This document shows, one piece after another, positions 15,100 through 29,020 of a stretch of 64,000 nt of DNA; the first letter of the stretch is position 1; the number at the start of each line of letters is the position of its first letter. The translations under genes were made by a program, and so were the position numbers. Origin of the DNA: the human T2T-CHM13v2.0 reference genome, Homo sapiens; NCBI RefSeq assembly GCF_009914755.1, contig NC_060934.1, one strand, 5' to 3'. The notes below the pieces were generated by a model. The model was not told where the DNA came from. It worked only from the letters and a program-made list of their open reading frames with translations, and did not search any database.

Positions 15100-16210
15100 A
15101 CAGTTTCTCAGGATGGATAATTCTGAGGTGGCAGGGGGCTTACAGCAACTATGAACAATTGCACTTTTTGGCTATTTCCTTTGGTGTTTTTCACCTCTTT
15201 TTTTCCTGTCCCTGTTATTGTAAACTTTAAAGGCCATGTTTAAGAGTTTGCTTTTAAGAGTTTGAGGTCCCACTGGTGCTTTTTGTAGCTTCCTCCTAAT
15301 GTCAGGGGCAGATTGAGTAATTAAATGTGCATCCAGAAGGGCTTGCCGTTCTGGGCAGTCTGGGTCTAAAGTGGTATCTTTCCTGAGTGCCTCAACTAAA
15401 CAACCATGAAACAGAGAAAGGTTTTCATCTTTTCCCAGAGTTATTTCTCTAATCTTGTCATAATTGTCTTGTTTAGCCACACTATTTTTCCTTTGCATTT
15501 TTTCTATGGCACAGCCAGTTGCATAAGAAAATGATCAACTTAACAAGCTCTATAAACTTTTTAAGCCAAATTTTTCCTTGTATAAAGCCAAATTGGACAA
15601 AGTAAATGGCTCATGTACCCTAAGTATTCCATCATTTTCGTTAGCTGCCTTTCGCAATGAACCCAAGTTTGATTTTATGGGCAAATATGGGGCCCCACTC
15701 CTGGTGGTACTGTTTGGGCTTACTTTCTTGGCCAGTGAGGGGTATAAGCTGGTTCTAGATGGATACTGGACAGGGGTGTCTCATGACCTGGGGGTAGAGT
15801 ACTTCATTAGAGAACTGGTGGGAACACCCTCAGAACTGGGGGAACAGAGACTTTGGGGAGGGTGTAGGCATTCCAGGGGGCCTAGCTAGGAGGAGACCCC
15901 TTAGTCATGGCTTTCTGGTGCCTGGAAGTAATGTGAACCAGTTAAGGGCCATAAAAATCTGTACATAAGGGACCGCTCCTCATTTTTCTCCTTTTTCACA
16001 GAATAAGTCCAATTGCAAAATATAATTATAATGTATAGAATGGTGTTTAGGCCAAATATGTTGGTTTTCTAATTTTTATTGAACCCAAATAGTATTGCAA
16101 TAGAAAATGAGGGTTTTTTTCTTTTTCTTTAAGCCAAATTTGAATTTGTTCCAGTAGCCTAAAAGACATCCTAGTGGTGAGTCCCCTGGGATCTCATCAT
16201 TGTCCCCGTG
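15100..16210 (-). pseudogene. gag remnant (matrix plus capsid C-terminal/MHR)
   Basis: MA-like IPGDSPLGCLLGYW...LIFYCNTIW...LQLDLFC...VPYVQIF. ORF 15172-15498 YDKIREITLGKDEN...LITQSAPDIRRKLQK is the gammaretroviral MHR region. Confidence 0.88.
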
Positions 16211-17227
16211 ACTAACCAGGATTTTTACTGAACATAGAAATTTTTCTAAGTCTAGTGAGAGGGAAAGAAACTGAGCCCTTGTTATTTTCCCTTTTAGATT
16301 TCCACTTCCTTCAGAGAGAGTGTAAGTACAAGGAGCAAGGCATTACAAAAGGAATTAGGAGCTACACATGGGCAGTAAAATGTTGAGCCTAAATTTCATG
16401 GAGAGCAAGAGTTGGGCAGAGATGGGGCTACACAAATGGTGGCTGTGGAAGGAAGGAAAGGAAGGAGGTAGACAGCATTACCCAAGAGGATACCTCAGAG
16501 GCCCTGACCTGCCAGAAAACCTTCCCAGCAGCAGAGACACCAAAAAAATGTTTGGGTAGCCACTTGTCTACTGCTGTAGGTGGTCGTCCATCCGGTCAGG
16601 GGCCTAGGAATTCCCAGTTTCTTCAACCAAGAGGGGCTTGAACAAGGCAGTTATAAATCAGCACACAGGATGGGGCCTGAAACTAGCTACTGGGGAAATA
16701 ATAAATTCTAACTTCAGGGCAGAAAAAGCGAGGCCATTATTTCTCTAGGTGGAAAGGCTATAACCCACAATCCTAGAGGGAATGTAAATACCAAAAACCC
16801 CAGCGCATCTCGGGGCAACCAATGACACCAATGCTGAAAACCGAGAGTGCCCAAGTAACCCTGGGGCACATCAGGGGTGGTCAACAGTGAACCCAAGACC
16901 AAGTTGGGGGTCATAGAGGAAGGTCACTGCAGCATCCTAGAGTCAACACAATGGGAGACCTCTCACAGCCAAGTGTCCTGCCTTAAACAATTGCCCAAAT
17001 ACAATTAATGAAAAGTAAATGCAAACATAACACTGAAAATGAAATATACATTTTTAGGACTAAAAATAATTTGTGGAGCAATTAAATGGAGTCAGAGGGG
17101 AAAGGACTGGGGGTAGAGGTGATAAAGAGGTGGTTGTGACACTCAAATGACAAGGAACTTTTAACTGACTACTTAGCTAAAGGCTTTTATTCCAGCTCAC
17201 CAGATACTATGGCGAGAACAGAAGGGC

Positions 17228-17236
17228 ACTCACCCA
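17228..17236 (-). promoter_or_regulatory. Putative proviral major splice donor
   Basis: Minus strand TGG|GTGAGT in the leader, about 500 nt after the PBS. Confidence 0.5.
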
Positions 17237-17717
17237 TCCACAGGAGTCAAAATGGTGCTAACCGATCTTTGATGCAGGACCCAGGTGAACGTCTCTCTAA
17301 GGATTCTCCAGCATGAGTAGGCTCAGCTATCACACAGGGAGGGGCGCATCAGGGGAACCAGTAACCCACTGGTCTGCCAGTCAGAGTGGAGGGGGCACAC
17401 AGAGGAGGCAGCAACAGTATGGCTACTTGCTCCTCTGTTCAGCTCTGCTGCCTGCCAGGAAAAATGATGGCTCTGAAAAGCAGCTTTGGTTCGTATTAGA
17501 GCTCTGTAGGGTTAGCAGAACTTTATGGTCAAAGCCTGAGTATTACATCTCTTTCAGGCTCAATCACAGGCTGCTTCGCTGTCTCTCACTGTCTTGCTGA
17601 CTGCTGTCTCTCACATTTCTCTCCAAACACCACCTCCCCACTGATCACTTACAGCCACCATCTCTGCTGTGTCACTCTCTTGCCTCTCCACTGATCACCG
17701 CCATCTCTGCTGTCTTC

Positions 17718-17735
17718 ATCCCTTTGTGGCTATCA
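17718..17735 (-). other. Primer binding site, tRNA-Arg-like
   Basis: TGATAGCCACAAAGGGAT, 2 nt after the 5' LTR. 15/18 match to TGGTAACCACGAAGGGAT, my recalled complement of a tRNA-Arg(UCG) 3' end. Confidence 0.75.
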
Positions 17736-17737
17736 GA

Positions 17738-18247
17738 TGATGCAGGGCAGGCAAGCCCTAAACTTGGGGGTTAGCCCAGGAGGGTCCTTGTCTTTACCCA
17801 GGAAGGAGTTCAAGGGTAAGCCAGTGGTGTTAGCAACTTTTACTGAAGCAGCAGTGTACAGCATCAGCAGAGGTACTCCTCCTTGTGAAGCAGAAGCAGG
17901 GCTACCCTATCAGCAGTGTGCCCAGAGTAGCAGCTCAGAGGCAGTTCTGTACTCATATTTATACCCACTTTTAATTATATGTGAATTAATGGGCAGATTA
18001 TGCATAACATCTCTAGAAAAAGGGTAATAACTTCTGCGTCATCAGGTCGTTGCCATGGAAAGAGGTGGTAACTTCCAGGTATTGCCATGGCAATGGCAAA
18101 CTGACATGGCACACTGGTGGGCATGTTGTATGGAGAGATGCTTCTGCCTCTTCCTTGTATTAGCTAGTCCTCAGTTTGGTCCAGTGTCCAATCTCTGTCT
18201 CTGGAGTTGAGTCCCACCTCCTGAGTTAAGTCCAACCTCCTAACTCA
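17738..18247 (-). mobile_element. 5' LTR of provirus (MER66-like)
   Basis: Homologous to 3587-4052, TG...CA termini, adjacent to the PBS and the CCAT TSD. Confidence 0.92.
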
Positions 18248-18624
18248 CCATCATCCCTCATAACAAACTTAAACTCACACCCTTCAGTGCTGGTAAATTA
18301 GGGTAAATCTACTCATGGTGGAGATGATGAGTCTGGAATAAGGTCAATTTTGGAGGCATGAGTTCAATTATAGTGTCTAACCAGTCACTTTAACCTTATA
18401 TTTTCCCTCATTACTAACTCTGAAGATCAATTGCTGATTTAAAAACCAGATGAACAGTCTTATATGAGTCTGCAAGAAAGATGTGGATTGATTGAGCTTA
18501 CTCACCTAACATGCAATGCAATTGTTGGTACACTGAATCCTTATTATTTATTTTGCATGACTGAAATCTCTTAAAATTAATTGTGCTTTATTCTTGAATA
18601 GAATTTGGTTTTATATATACATCT

Positions 18625-19404
18625 TGTGAAAGCAAAAGTAATCTCGAGACTCCAAACTTACTATGCCAAAGGGAAAGTTAAGCTAGGGAACTGAGTCATT
18701 AAAAAAATTGCCTGCTTTTTGTTCCCAAACACAGAGCCTTATACATGTCAAATCCTCATACATAAGCCAGGTTCCCACAGCAGTAGAAAGCCACATGTCT
18801 CCCCAGACGGCCCTTCCTCACAAGTCGCTCATAAGGCATTTCCTTGTGGACCCTAAAATCTTTCAGAATATATGTTCTCCCTATAATCTAGCCCTAAAAG
18901 AGAGTGCTGTTAAATCTTATCCTGACAATGTAAATTTTCAGCTTATCTTCCAAGTAGCAGACAAAGACAAGAATAGAAATCATCCTTCCGCCCACCTAGA
19001 GAAAAATGCATAATTGACTTCTTCATTCACCCCATCTTTTCACACATTTTATCTTATATAAAATGTGGATTTACTGAGCCCAAGATAAATGCATAATTGA
19101 CTTTTCCTCTAACCCTTCTTTTCACATGTAAAATGTAGATTTACTAGGTGTTGATCAAAGCCTTACAAGAATATAACTACTTGCCTTACTGCCTACCCTT
19201 TCCCACCTTTAAAATAAATTTCTTTCTTCGCCTCTGGTTTGCTCTTTCTCCTTTAAATACTGAAGTCCTCAAAACCCTCTTAGGAAAAAGCATGGATTAC
19301 AAAAGCTCCAGTGATTTGTGTTTCTTTCCCAGGTGCAACCTCAACTTTGGCAAAATAAACCTCTAAATTGATTGAGACTTGTTTCAATCAATTTTTGCTT
19401 TACA
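18625..19404 (+). mobile_element. MER4-family solo LTR
   Basis: Starts tgtgaaagcaaaagtaatctcgagactccaaacttactatgccaaagggaaagttaagct, has aataaa near the end, ends ttaca. Near-TSD ATCT/ATAT. Confidence 0.8.

Positions 19405-19407
<3 letters not shown>

Positions 19408-19444
<37 letters not shown>
19408..19444. repeat. (TG)n microsatellite
   Basis: About 18 perfect TG units. Confidence 0.97.
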
Positions 19445-19447
<3 letters not shown>

Positions 19448-20911
19448 TTCTCATTTTCTCAGCTATAATTAGCTATAATCATCAGTCAAATTCAGAAACC
19501 AGTTAGGTGATTCTTACTAAATTTAGAACAAAATTGGTGTGGAAGTGTGCTATAGAGATCACATCCAGGATTTTAGCAGTATATATCAAAAAATGCTAAC
19601 TATTAGAAGAGAGCAAATGATACCAAATTAAACTTTGACGTGTATTTATAACAATAAATAAGCTAAAGCAAGGAAAATTTCCTTTCCTCTATACAATACT
19701 ATTAGAAGTGGGGTCTTTCAAGTAGGGATAGAAGAGGACCCAGCTCCATAGTAGTGAACAAACCTCAGTTTTCCAGAGCAGAAGTCATTTTTTCTCATAG
19801 ATTCTTGAAAATAACCATACCTCTTCTTTAAGTCTTAATCCAAACTGTCTGGAACTCTTATTTACCTTTTAAGATGTGTCCGCATTTTCTTCCTGGGTTT
19901 AAAGCCACCTAGGGCCAGAGTTTCTATATATTTCCAATTTTTGACCCAGAGGATTATTTGCATATAGTCATTGTTCAATACATAGATTCTAGTTTTTAAA
20001 CAAATTCTAATTTCTCTGGCAGAAAAACTGGTGATTTGAGAATTATAAGATAAATATGAAAACGTTGGTTTTTAAAACATTTTAACATATGCTAGGACTC
20101 CCCAAAATCTGCAATTTTCAAGTGAGATGTAAAATGTTCATTGGCATTACAAGCTTCTCAAGCAAAAAAATTGCATTCTGAGACAAGGTCATTTCGTTCT
20201 TTAACAAAGTTGCTGAATACAAAAGTCAGGCTTTGATGCCCACTGCTGTTTCTTCCAAAAACATAAACAATATTATAAAAGGGATCTAGATTAATAATTT
20301 ATAAAAAGGAGCTGGGTATTTTCTTCCACTACTTTATCAACTAGCCAGCAATTCTGTCTTTCTTCAGAATCTGCCTTAAACTTATTTTCTATTATCTGCT
20401 TCCTGTTGCGCCAAAACAAGTCTAATTTTATTTCATGCAAACCACTGAGTCACTACTGAAATAAGATCAATTCTGAATCTCTCTCAAGCAACCCACTCCT
20501 TTGTTTTTTATCAGTGTTAATAAAATCACAGTGTCTTGCAAAATTCAATTTATAATTATTTTAGAGAATTTCAGCCTCCTAAAAATGTCCATTCATTTTT
20601 GGAACAAGTCATACAAAGTTTTAGAAAATAAATATGCTTAAAAGGAACTCAAGTAGAAAGAAATATTACTCTGTTCTTCCATAAATCTTCCTTAGGGAGT
20701 AGATACTTAAGTTTATTCCTGTTGTAATTCCAGTGACAATAACGGCAATGTCAACTAGTAAAAAGTAATGTTTTAGTGAAAGACTCAAATGTAAGAATTT
20801 TTTACTTCATTATTACCAAAATAAAATATCTTGGCAAATAATATGTTTAAATAAAATCTTGTGATATTGATATGAATATTTTGCCAATGCTCAATGAACT
20901 TCTGAATTTTA

Positions 20912-21232
<321 letters not shown>

Positions 21233-21429
21233 GAACTTCTGAATTTTAAGTGTTCCACATACTACCTAAAGATACTGACTTTGCCATTCATTGGCTATTG
21301 CATCAAAGATTAAGCAGCTGTTATGTACATCACACGTTTCTAGATGCTGCTTAGTACAATGGTGATGTTTACTTTTACAATTGTCCTTCTCAAGTCAAAT
21401 ATATTTTCCAAACTAAAAGTTAAAATATG

Positions 21430-21517
21430 TGTGTTAGTCAGGGTTCTCTAGAGGGACAGGAATGATACTTTGTATCCTTCAATCCAATCAAGTTGACTCT
21501 CAGTATTAACCATCACA
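21430..21517 (-). mobile_element. MLT2A (ERVL) LTR, internally deleted to 88 bp
   Basis: Both MLT2A termini (tgtgttagtcagggttctctagagggacag and caagttgactctcagtattaaccatcaca). Perfect TSD ATATG at 21425-21429 and 21518-21522. Confidence 0.85.
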
Positions 21518-21881
21518 ATATGCATAATTAGTTCTTCAGGATAAAATTAAATATTTCAGTGTTGAAAATCCAATAGTTGATCATACTATGGGTCCTAAAC
21601 TGATTATGAAAATAGAGACTTATGGAATCATGACCTATAGAAAATATGACCAATGGATATGACAAAGTGTTTTTTGTCATTATTAGCTAAATTAATATTC
21701 TTTAACCACATTTTAATAAGATCAGTGCTTATGGTGTGTTCTTACTAGATTTATTCCATTTCATTCTTTAAAAAATCTTTATTTGGCCCCAGGAAATTTG
21801 TCATAACATGCACTGCATCTCAAACTGGAGCTCAAGTGCTTGACTCAAAATTGTCTTTTTTGACTCAAAATTAACAGGCAT

Positions 21882-21927
21882 GCCTGGGCAACAGAGCAAG
21901 ACTCTGTCTCAAAAAAAAAAAAAAAAA
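21882..21927 (+). mobile_element. Alu 3' terminal fragment plus polyA
   Basis: gcctgggcaacagagcaagactctgtctc followed by A17. Confidence 0.85.
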
Positions 21928-22085
21928 TCTGAAGCATATCAATCTAAGACCTTGAATGTAATGATAAATTAATCATATTTAGGTCCCTAAAAAAAAAAAA
22001 AAACAAATAAAAACAGGAAAACAACAAGAAGAAAGAAAATAACTCCAATATTCTAGACCATTATTGAGATATAAAATAATGTTTA

Positions 22086-22435
<350 letters not shown>

Positions 22436-24399
22436 TTTTGTTTTGAAAGAAAAAATCAAGAAAAAGGTAAAACAAATATTGACTTAAGGACATAATTTAG
22501 ATATATTTAATATTGTTTTTATAGATTTTCTCTAGACCACCCTATGTTCATGAATACAGCAAGGTAGAAAATGATGTTCTTCCCAAATTTAGGCATAATT
22601 CAATTACTCACGGCTCACCTGGATGACCATGCACAACCTGGGGATTCTCATATGTTGGACTAAAAAGTCAAAATGGAAGGAGAATATGTGTTTCTCCACT
22701 TGTGCTTCTGAAATGTAATATTGTAATGGCTATATTGTTATCCTATAATTCAAAACTCTGGAACCAGATACTTTACTGTCCGACCTTTCCAAGTGTTCAA
22801 AATTTCCTTATTTTCTATCTTATTTTTGTGATTTGTACTTGGCCAAAGAATATATAAGACGAAAATTTTTGTTTTCAGTGTAGGAAAACTTTGTATGTGC
22901 TTTTGATGACTCAACTCTGTTTTCTATATCTAAAAATGCCTTCCTTCCCCCAGACATCAAGAGTCTTACATCTCCATCATATGCCCCTACAACATTAATT
23001 TTCTTTCAAAGTATTAAATGAAAAAAAAAAAGTTGGGGGAAAATGAAAGGCCTCTGCCAAATTTGAAACTAGAGAATGATTTACCACTGGACATTCCTTG
23101 TGGATATTTTTAGGTAAAAAGTTATAGAATCACAGACTATTATTCTGAAGAAAACAGAAGTGATCAAGCCCTAGCCTTCACTGCATAAAGGGAAGAATCT
23201 GTGACTCAAGAAATTATTTCATAGAGAGATACATTGGTAGATCTAAAACAGCTTTCAAATCTCATTACTGTCCCAGAGCAATGCTCTTCTTCATATTTTA
23301 ATTCTAGAAACAGGGCCTACCTTTTAGGGTCATTGGAAATACAAAATGTAAAGTTCATAATGTAACATCTCAAACATAAATAGTAGGTGATTGAAACGGT
23401 TAGTTATTAACTATATTACACCTCATGTTAAGAGGTCTGTGCTGCCCTTTCATGCCAAAACTAGAGTGATTCTAACAGACGCTGGCTGTGAGTATAAAGT
23501 CAATGCTTTATCACACTCTACTTACTGTAGGATCCAGCCCATATGAGACTAACTGGCTTTGGGGCCTTCTTAGAAGAAGACCTGAGATAGATTTAGATAA
23601 GACCAGTGCCAGTCTTCTAGAGGATCTAAATATAAAACACAAGTAATGCAATTTATTCAAAAACAAACAGAAGGCCCATAATCCCCAGATGTTTATTTTT
23701 GATAGAAAAGAAAAAAATCGGAAACAGGGCTGTAACAATACTTAACCCCAAAGCAGAAAAAGATTTAAAATTCCTGACACTTTAAAGGGGAAGTCTTGAA
23801 TACCTGCCTCCCCCGGGAATTCTGTAAGCCATGTTAGCAGTTCTCTTAGTGCCACTAAACTGCATTTAGAACTGGGGCTAATGTACATTCTGACCTTATC
23901 ATCCCTCCGTGTTACAGCATAAGGCACTGGCCAGTGTACCTTCTTCAAGCTCACCTTGTCTTGAAAGTCAGCCTGGCCAGTAGCTGAAATACATGGGTTC
24001 AGAATCAGGTCTAAAAGTCACAAGTTCATTATTGCTGCCAGGCTGGATCTAAATGCCTTTTCTCCTAAGATATCAGCATTTCTCATCCATCAGTGAAGCG
24101 GTTAATTTGAAATGATAGTTTATTTCCTTCTGATTTTCAAAATTTTGAACTGGAAACAGGCTTGATTATCTCTTCTTTTTAGAATGGTAAATGTTTAAAA
24201 TAGATCAGGGGAAGGCACATGCTCTTTGACCTAGAAATTCCAGTTCTAAGAACATATTATAAATAAATAATAGGACATGTGCACAAAAATGAAAGATATA
24301 TGCACAGGGATGTTCATTGATATTTCGTTCATTATAACAAAAAATTAAAATGAATGAAAGCCACTTAAACATCTATCCATAAATATTTTTGGGGCATAT

Positions 24400-24535
24400 T
24401 GTTAGCAAAACTTTTTATCTAAAGGGATAAATATTAAATATGTGAGGCTTTGTGGGTTCTACAATTTCTGTCACAATCACTCACTCACTGTTGTGGTATG
24501 AAAGCAACTACAGATAAGGTGTAAACAAATGGTCT
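24400..24535 (+). mobile_element. MER58 (hAT-Charlie) 5' part
   Basis: agcaaaactttttatctaaaggg...tgtaaacaaatgg. Homology appears to resume near 25577-25640. Confidence 0.6.
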
Positions 24536-24919
24536 TCATAGTGAAATGAGATCAGATTCAGAGGAGTGCTGACTGCTGCACAATCCATAAATGAAGGAAG
24601 CACGTATGGAAAGAAAACCATAGGGGGCTTCCTGCTCAACTGAACCCCACTAACACTCCTTGTGGAACCCCACTAACATCCCAGTGTGGAAGTCAGAGGA
24701 GAGTGCATGTTGTGGGATGTTTCAGATTCAGTCAATTTCTAACAACATCCTTATCATTATAGGAAGATTCTTTCTATTCATAGTTTGAGTTATTTTATTT
24801 TTCTTTCTGGAATGAGTTAATTAGAAAAAAATTCACCACCTATTGAAATGTGTATGTGTTTTTTTCTTTAGCACACTAATAAAGGGACTTACATGGAAAT
24901 TTTTTACAAATGGACATTG

Positions 24920-25569
24920 TGAAACTGTGTCGTTGTCTGGGGTAAATACCTGAGGTTTGTCATCTTACGCCAAGGAAATCAAGGACATGGACACACATGG
25001 AGTGAGGTTAAGAGCAGAGATTTCATAGGCAAACAAAAGAGAAAGAGGAACAGCTCTTTCTCCTGCGAAAGCGAGAGAGAGAGAGAGAGATGCCTGAGTG
25101 GAAATTCTAGCCTGTGTTGGAGTGCACAGGGTTTTATAGACAGGCTTGAGGAGGTGGTGTCTGATTTACATAGGGCCCAAAGACTGGTTGGACAAAGTGT
25201 GATGTTTACATAGTGGGTGAGGAAACTGGCCACCCCACCCTAATCCTTTATTATGCAAATAAAGTCTCTACTTGGCTGCACCATGTTGCCTGCTCCTTAC
25301 TGTGCACATGGTTGATAAGGAAAGAGGAAGATGGAGCCACCATGTTGGACATGCCTAGCCCCCAGGTAGCCTTTCCCTATTGGCACAGCTCCCAGAATTC
25401 ACCCGTGTGAGCTTGTAGCTTGACTTACTATGCTTGCAGCTTGAATTTTCAGGCTGCTTTTTGTTAGAAAAGAAAATGTTTTGGGGGCTGCTTTTCATTA
25501 AAAGGGAAAGCTTACCGAGGACTTCCTTACCCTATCTGCCTAAATAATTTCTTTTTAACTCCTATATCA
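24920..25569 (-). mobile_element. ERV1 solo LTR, MER50-like (name tentative)
   Basis: TG...CA termini, perfect TSD ATTG (24916-24919, 25570-25573). Minus strand starts TGATATAGGAGTTAAAAAGAAATTATTTAGGCAGATAG. Confidence 0.8.
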
Positions 25570-26189
25570 ATTGCAATGTTCCAAAAAGATAAAATTTATT
25601 TACAGAAACAGTTATTTTTGCCTACCTGCTGTAGTTTGTTTATTTTCTTGGATTCATCTGAGAATAGAGGTTTCAAGATAAACTATCACTCTAAAAGCTG
25701 GGGAGACAGGCAAGTTGAGGGAGTTACAGCGGAGAGCTTCTTTCTGCTTCTGTGGAACAGAAGCCAATGCAGCCATGTGCTTGTATCAAAATTTCAGTGG
25801 TAATTTTGATGAAATTCCATAGGCTGGGTGTGGACTATGTCAAAATTGAGAAACTGCCGATAGCTGCATATTTAGATAAATCCAATTGGTCTTACCTACT
25901 GGATCCCCACCAAGTTCTAATTGTGAACATTTGAGAAAGTTCCCGAGTGGTTCTGGTGGGGTAAGGAAAGATAAATCATTGTAAAATGCCTCAAATAATT
26001 CTTCATAATAAAGGCCGATTCTCTAGAGCAAAAGTCTTTAAGATAACCTTATTCAACCTGGAGGAAGGATATTATTTTTTCTCTTGTAACTACCCTTAGC
26101 TTTCTTATCTCCGCAAGGGGAAATAAATTGTACTAACAGAAAAAAAAAAAATCCAGCATAGACCGGGGATATAAGCATTTCTTTATCCA

Positions 26190-26370
26190 TTGTCACATGG
26201 CATTTTTCTTGTGTGTCTGAGTCCTCTGTGTTCAAATTTTTGTCTTCTTATAAAGATACCAGTTATATTGGATTCAGGTGCCACCCCAAATCCAGTACGA
26301 CCTCATTTTCATTTGCTTTCATCTGCAAGACTCTATTTCCAAATAAGGTCACATTCACAGGTTTCAGGTC
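26190..26370 (-). mobile_element. MLT1 (MaLR) LTR fragment
   Basis: tcttataaagataccagttatattggatt ... ctatttccaaataaggtcacattc motifs. Confidence 0.7.
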
Positions 26371-26439
26371 AATAGATATATATAAATTTTCCGCAAGGCT
26401 ATGCAAACGAATACAGCCTCTTAGTGAAAAAGTAGACAT

Positions 26440-29020
26440 TGTGCTATAACATATGATAAATATAGCAGAGAAATAAAAATTGTAAGAAAGTACCAAAAGG
26501 CAATGTTAGAAATAAAACAAAAAAAACCACTGTAACTGCAATGAAGTATGCTATTGATGAACTTAGCAATACACTGAGCACGACTGATAAAATAATCAAT
26601 GAGTGTGAAGATCATTCAATAGAAACTTCCCAAACTGTAATTCAAAGAAAAGCAGAAGGGAAAAAATAGAACGGGACATTCAAGTACTATGGGACAACTT
26701 CAAAAGTTGTAACCTATGTTCAATGAGAATGTCAGAAAGTGAGGAAAGAAATAATGCAGCAGATAAATATTTGAAGTAATAATGACTAGGAGCATTCCCA
26801 AATTAATAACAGATGTCAAATCACCAATAGAAGAAGCATAGAGAACTGTAAGAAGAATAAATTCAAAAAAATAGAAGGAAGAGAGAGAAGGAGGGAAAAC
26901 AAAGAGGGAAGAAGGAAGGCAGACAGACAAACTATATCCAAGCATATCATATTCAAACTACAGAAAACCAAAGACAAAGAGAAAAACTTCAAAGAATCTA
27001 AGTGAGGGGAAAAGATACCTTAAGAGAGAGTGGAATGAAATATTTAAAGTGTTAAAACAAAACAAAACAAAACAAAACAAAACACCAGCTAAGAATTCCC
27101 TATCCAGTGGAATTATCCCTTAAAAGTGCACAAGAAATAAAGACTTAGACAGCACCTGAGGGAATTCATCACCAGCAGACATCCCCTACATAACATGTTT
27201 TAAAAAGTAATTCAGAGTTAAGAAAAATGATATAGGTCAGAAATGTGTGTCTATATAAAGATGGGAAGGGTTGGAGAAAGAATAAACAAGCCTTATATTA
27301 CCAAGAGTGAACATTAATGCATGCAAATTTAAAAAGTAACTTAGGAGGCTGAGAATTTTCCTAGACAGAATGCAAAATATGATAAAACAAATTTAATTGT
27401 ATTACAAATGTATGAAACAATCTCACTGAAGTGTGTGAGAGAAGAGGGTATTGACCGAAATGCTTTAGAAGTGACAGAAGTCTGTAAAACTAAAGGCAAA
27501 ATTAACTGCCTATAAGCACTGTTCTCCAGCTGAAAAAGGTGTTTCCTTCAGAAATACAGTTCAATAATTCTAAAGCCTAAATACTCACCCCTCACACACA
27601 TGCACTGGAGTTTAACAATTAAATAAATGGATAGCCGATGATGGGAACAGATGATTTTTCCAGACATCTCAGAGTTGGAGTAGGAGTTTACATATAAGAA
27701 AGGGGAAGAGTCTTGAACTATTCATGTAGTAATAAATTAGAGCTGGAGACATCACCATAAATTCATGCTTAACCTGATACACATACTGATACATATAGAA
27801 ATATTTATAGATATGTGCATTTAGTGTGTGTGTGTGTATATATAATATATATAGCTTAGTATACACATATACATATATATATATATCCTTGTTACATCAG
27901 CTGAGAGGGCCTAGAGGCAATGACACTCTCTTAGAATGAGCACAACTCACACTCAGATACCAATTTTTAGTTCTGTTTTCCAACACAAAGGACAAGAGCT
28001 CCTTATAAAAAGAGCTGAGTAGCTCATTCTAAGACTGGGACAGGCTATACAGAAGATAAATCTAATATCATTCTAGCATCAGACATTAAAGAAGTACACA
28101 AAAAACAGACATACACACACATATACAGGCATGCACACACAGACACAAGTTGACGGAGTCATGAGAAAGGAATATGACAGTCAACTGAAAGAATTCCACT
28201 GGCCAAAGCTGGAAATATTGGAACAAAAATACATATAAATAAGATTGGATTGCAACCTAAAATATAAAATGAATGTTCATACTAATATAAATAAATGATT
28301 GAATAAATAAATGAGGAAAAACCTGCAAGTTTCCCATTCAGAAGAATCTCAGATAATTTATGTGGACACTCTGTCCTTAGGGAGTGAAGCATAGCAGTCA
28401 ACTCTTTATGTGTGTCTTGTGCAGAGTGACTTCCCCCCGAAGCGTACAGTATGCAAACAGGCAGGGGGAGCAACTTCACTGGAGAGACCCGACAAATCCT
28501 ACCTCAGCCAGGAGGTCAAATTTAACATTATCAGTGAGAAATAATAGTGATAGCGTGTACCCTCGAAATGACGTGATGGAAATTACACTTTACCTCTGTG
28601 ATCTTTCCAACAACTCACAACCCCAGGTTAGCTATGAAAAAAACTATCAGACAAATCCTAATTGACGGACATTCTGCAAAATAATTGACCAGTATTCCTC
28701 AAAACGGTCAAGATCATTAAAAACAAGGAAAGTCTGAGAAACAGTCATAGTCAATAGGAACCTAAGGAGACAAAATGACTAAATGTAATTTGATATCTTG
28801 GATGGGACCCTGGCACAGAAGAAACACACTGGGGAAAAATGAAGGGAATCTGAGTAAATTACGGACTTAATAATAATTCACCAACAATGATTCACTAATT
28901 TTAACACATGTACCATAAAATGTAAAATGATAACAGAAACTGAGTTGGGGGGTTATATGTAAACTCTCTATACTATTTTTGTAATATTTCTTAAATTTTA
29001 AAGGTTTTCTAAAACAGAAT
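26440..29020 (+). mobile_element. Old L1M fragments (ORF1 remnant then L1MC-type 3' end)
   Basis: A-rich, with ORF1-like catatcatattcaaactacagaaaaccaaagacaaagag and L1MC-like gagagggcctagaggcaatgacac. Boundaries approximate. Confidence 0.7.
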
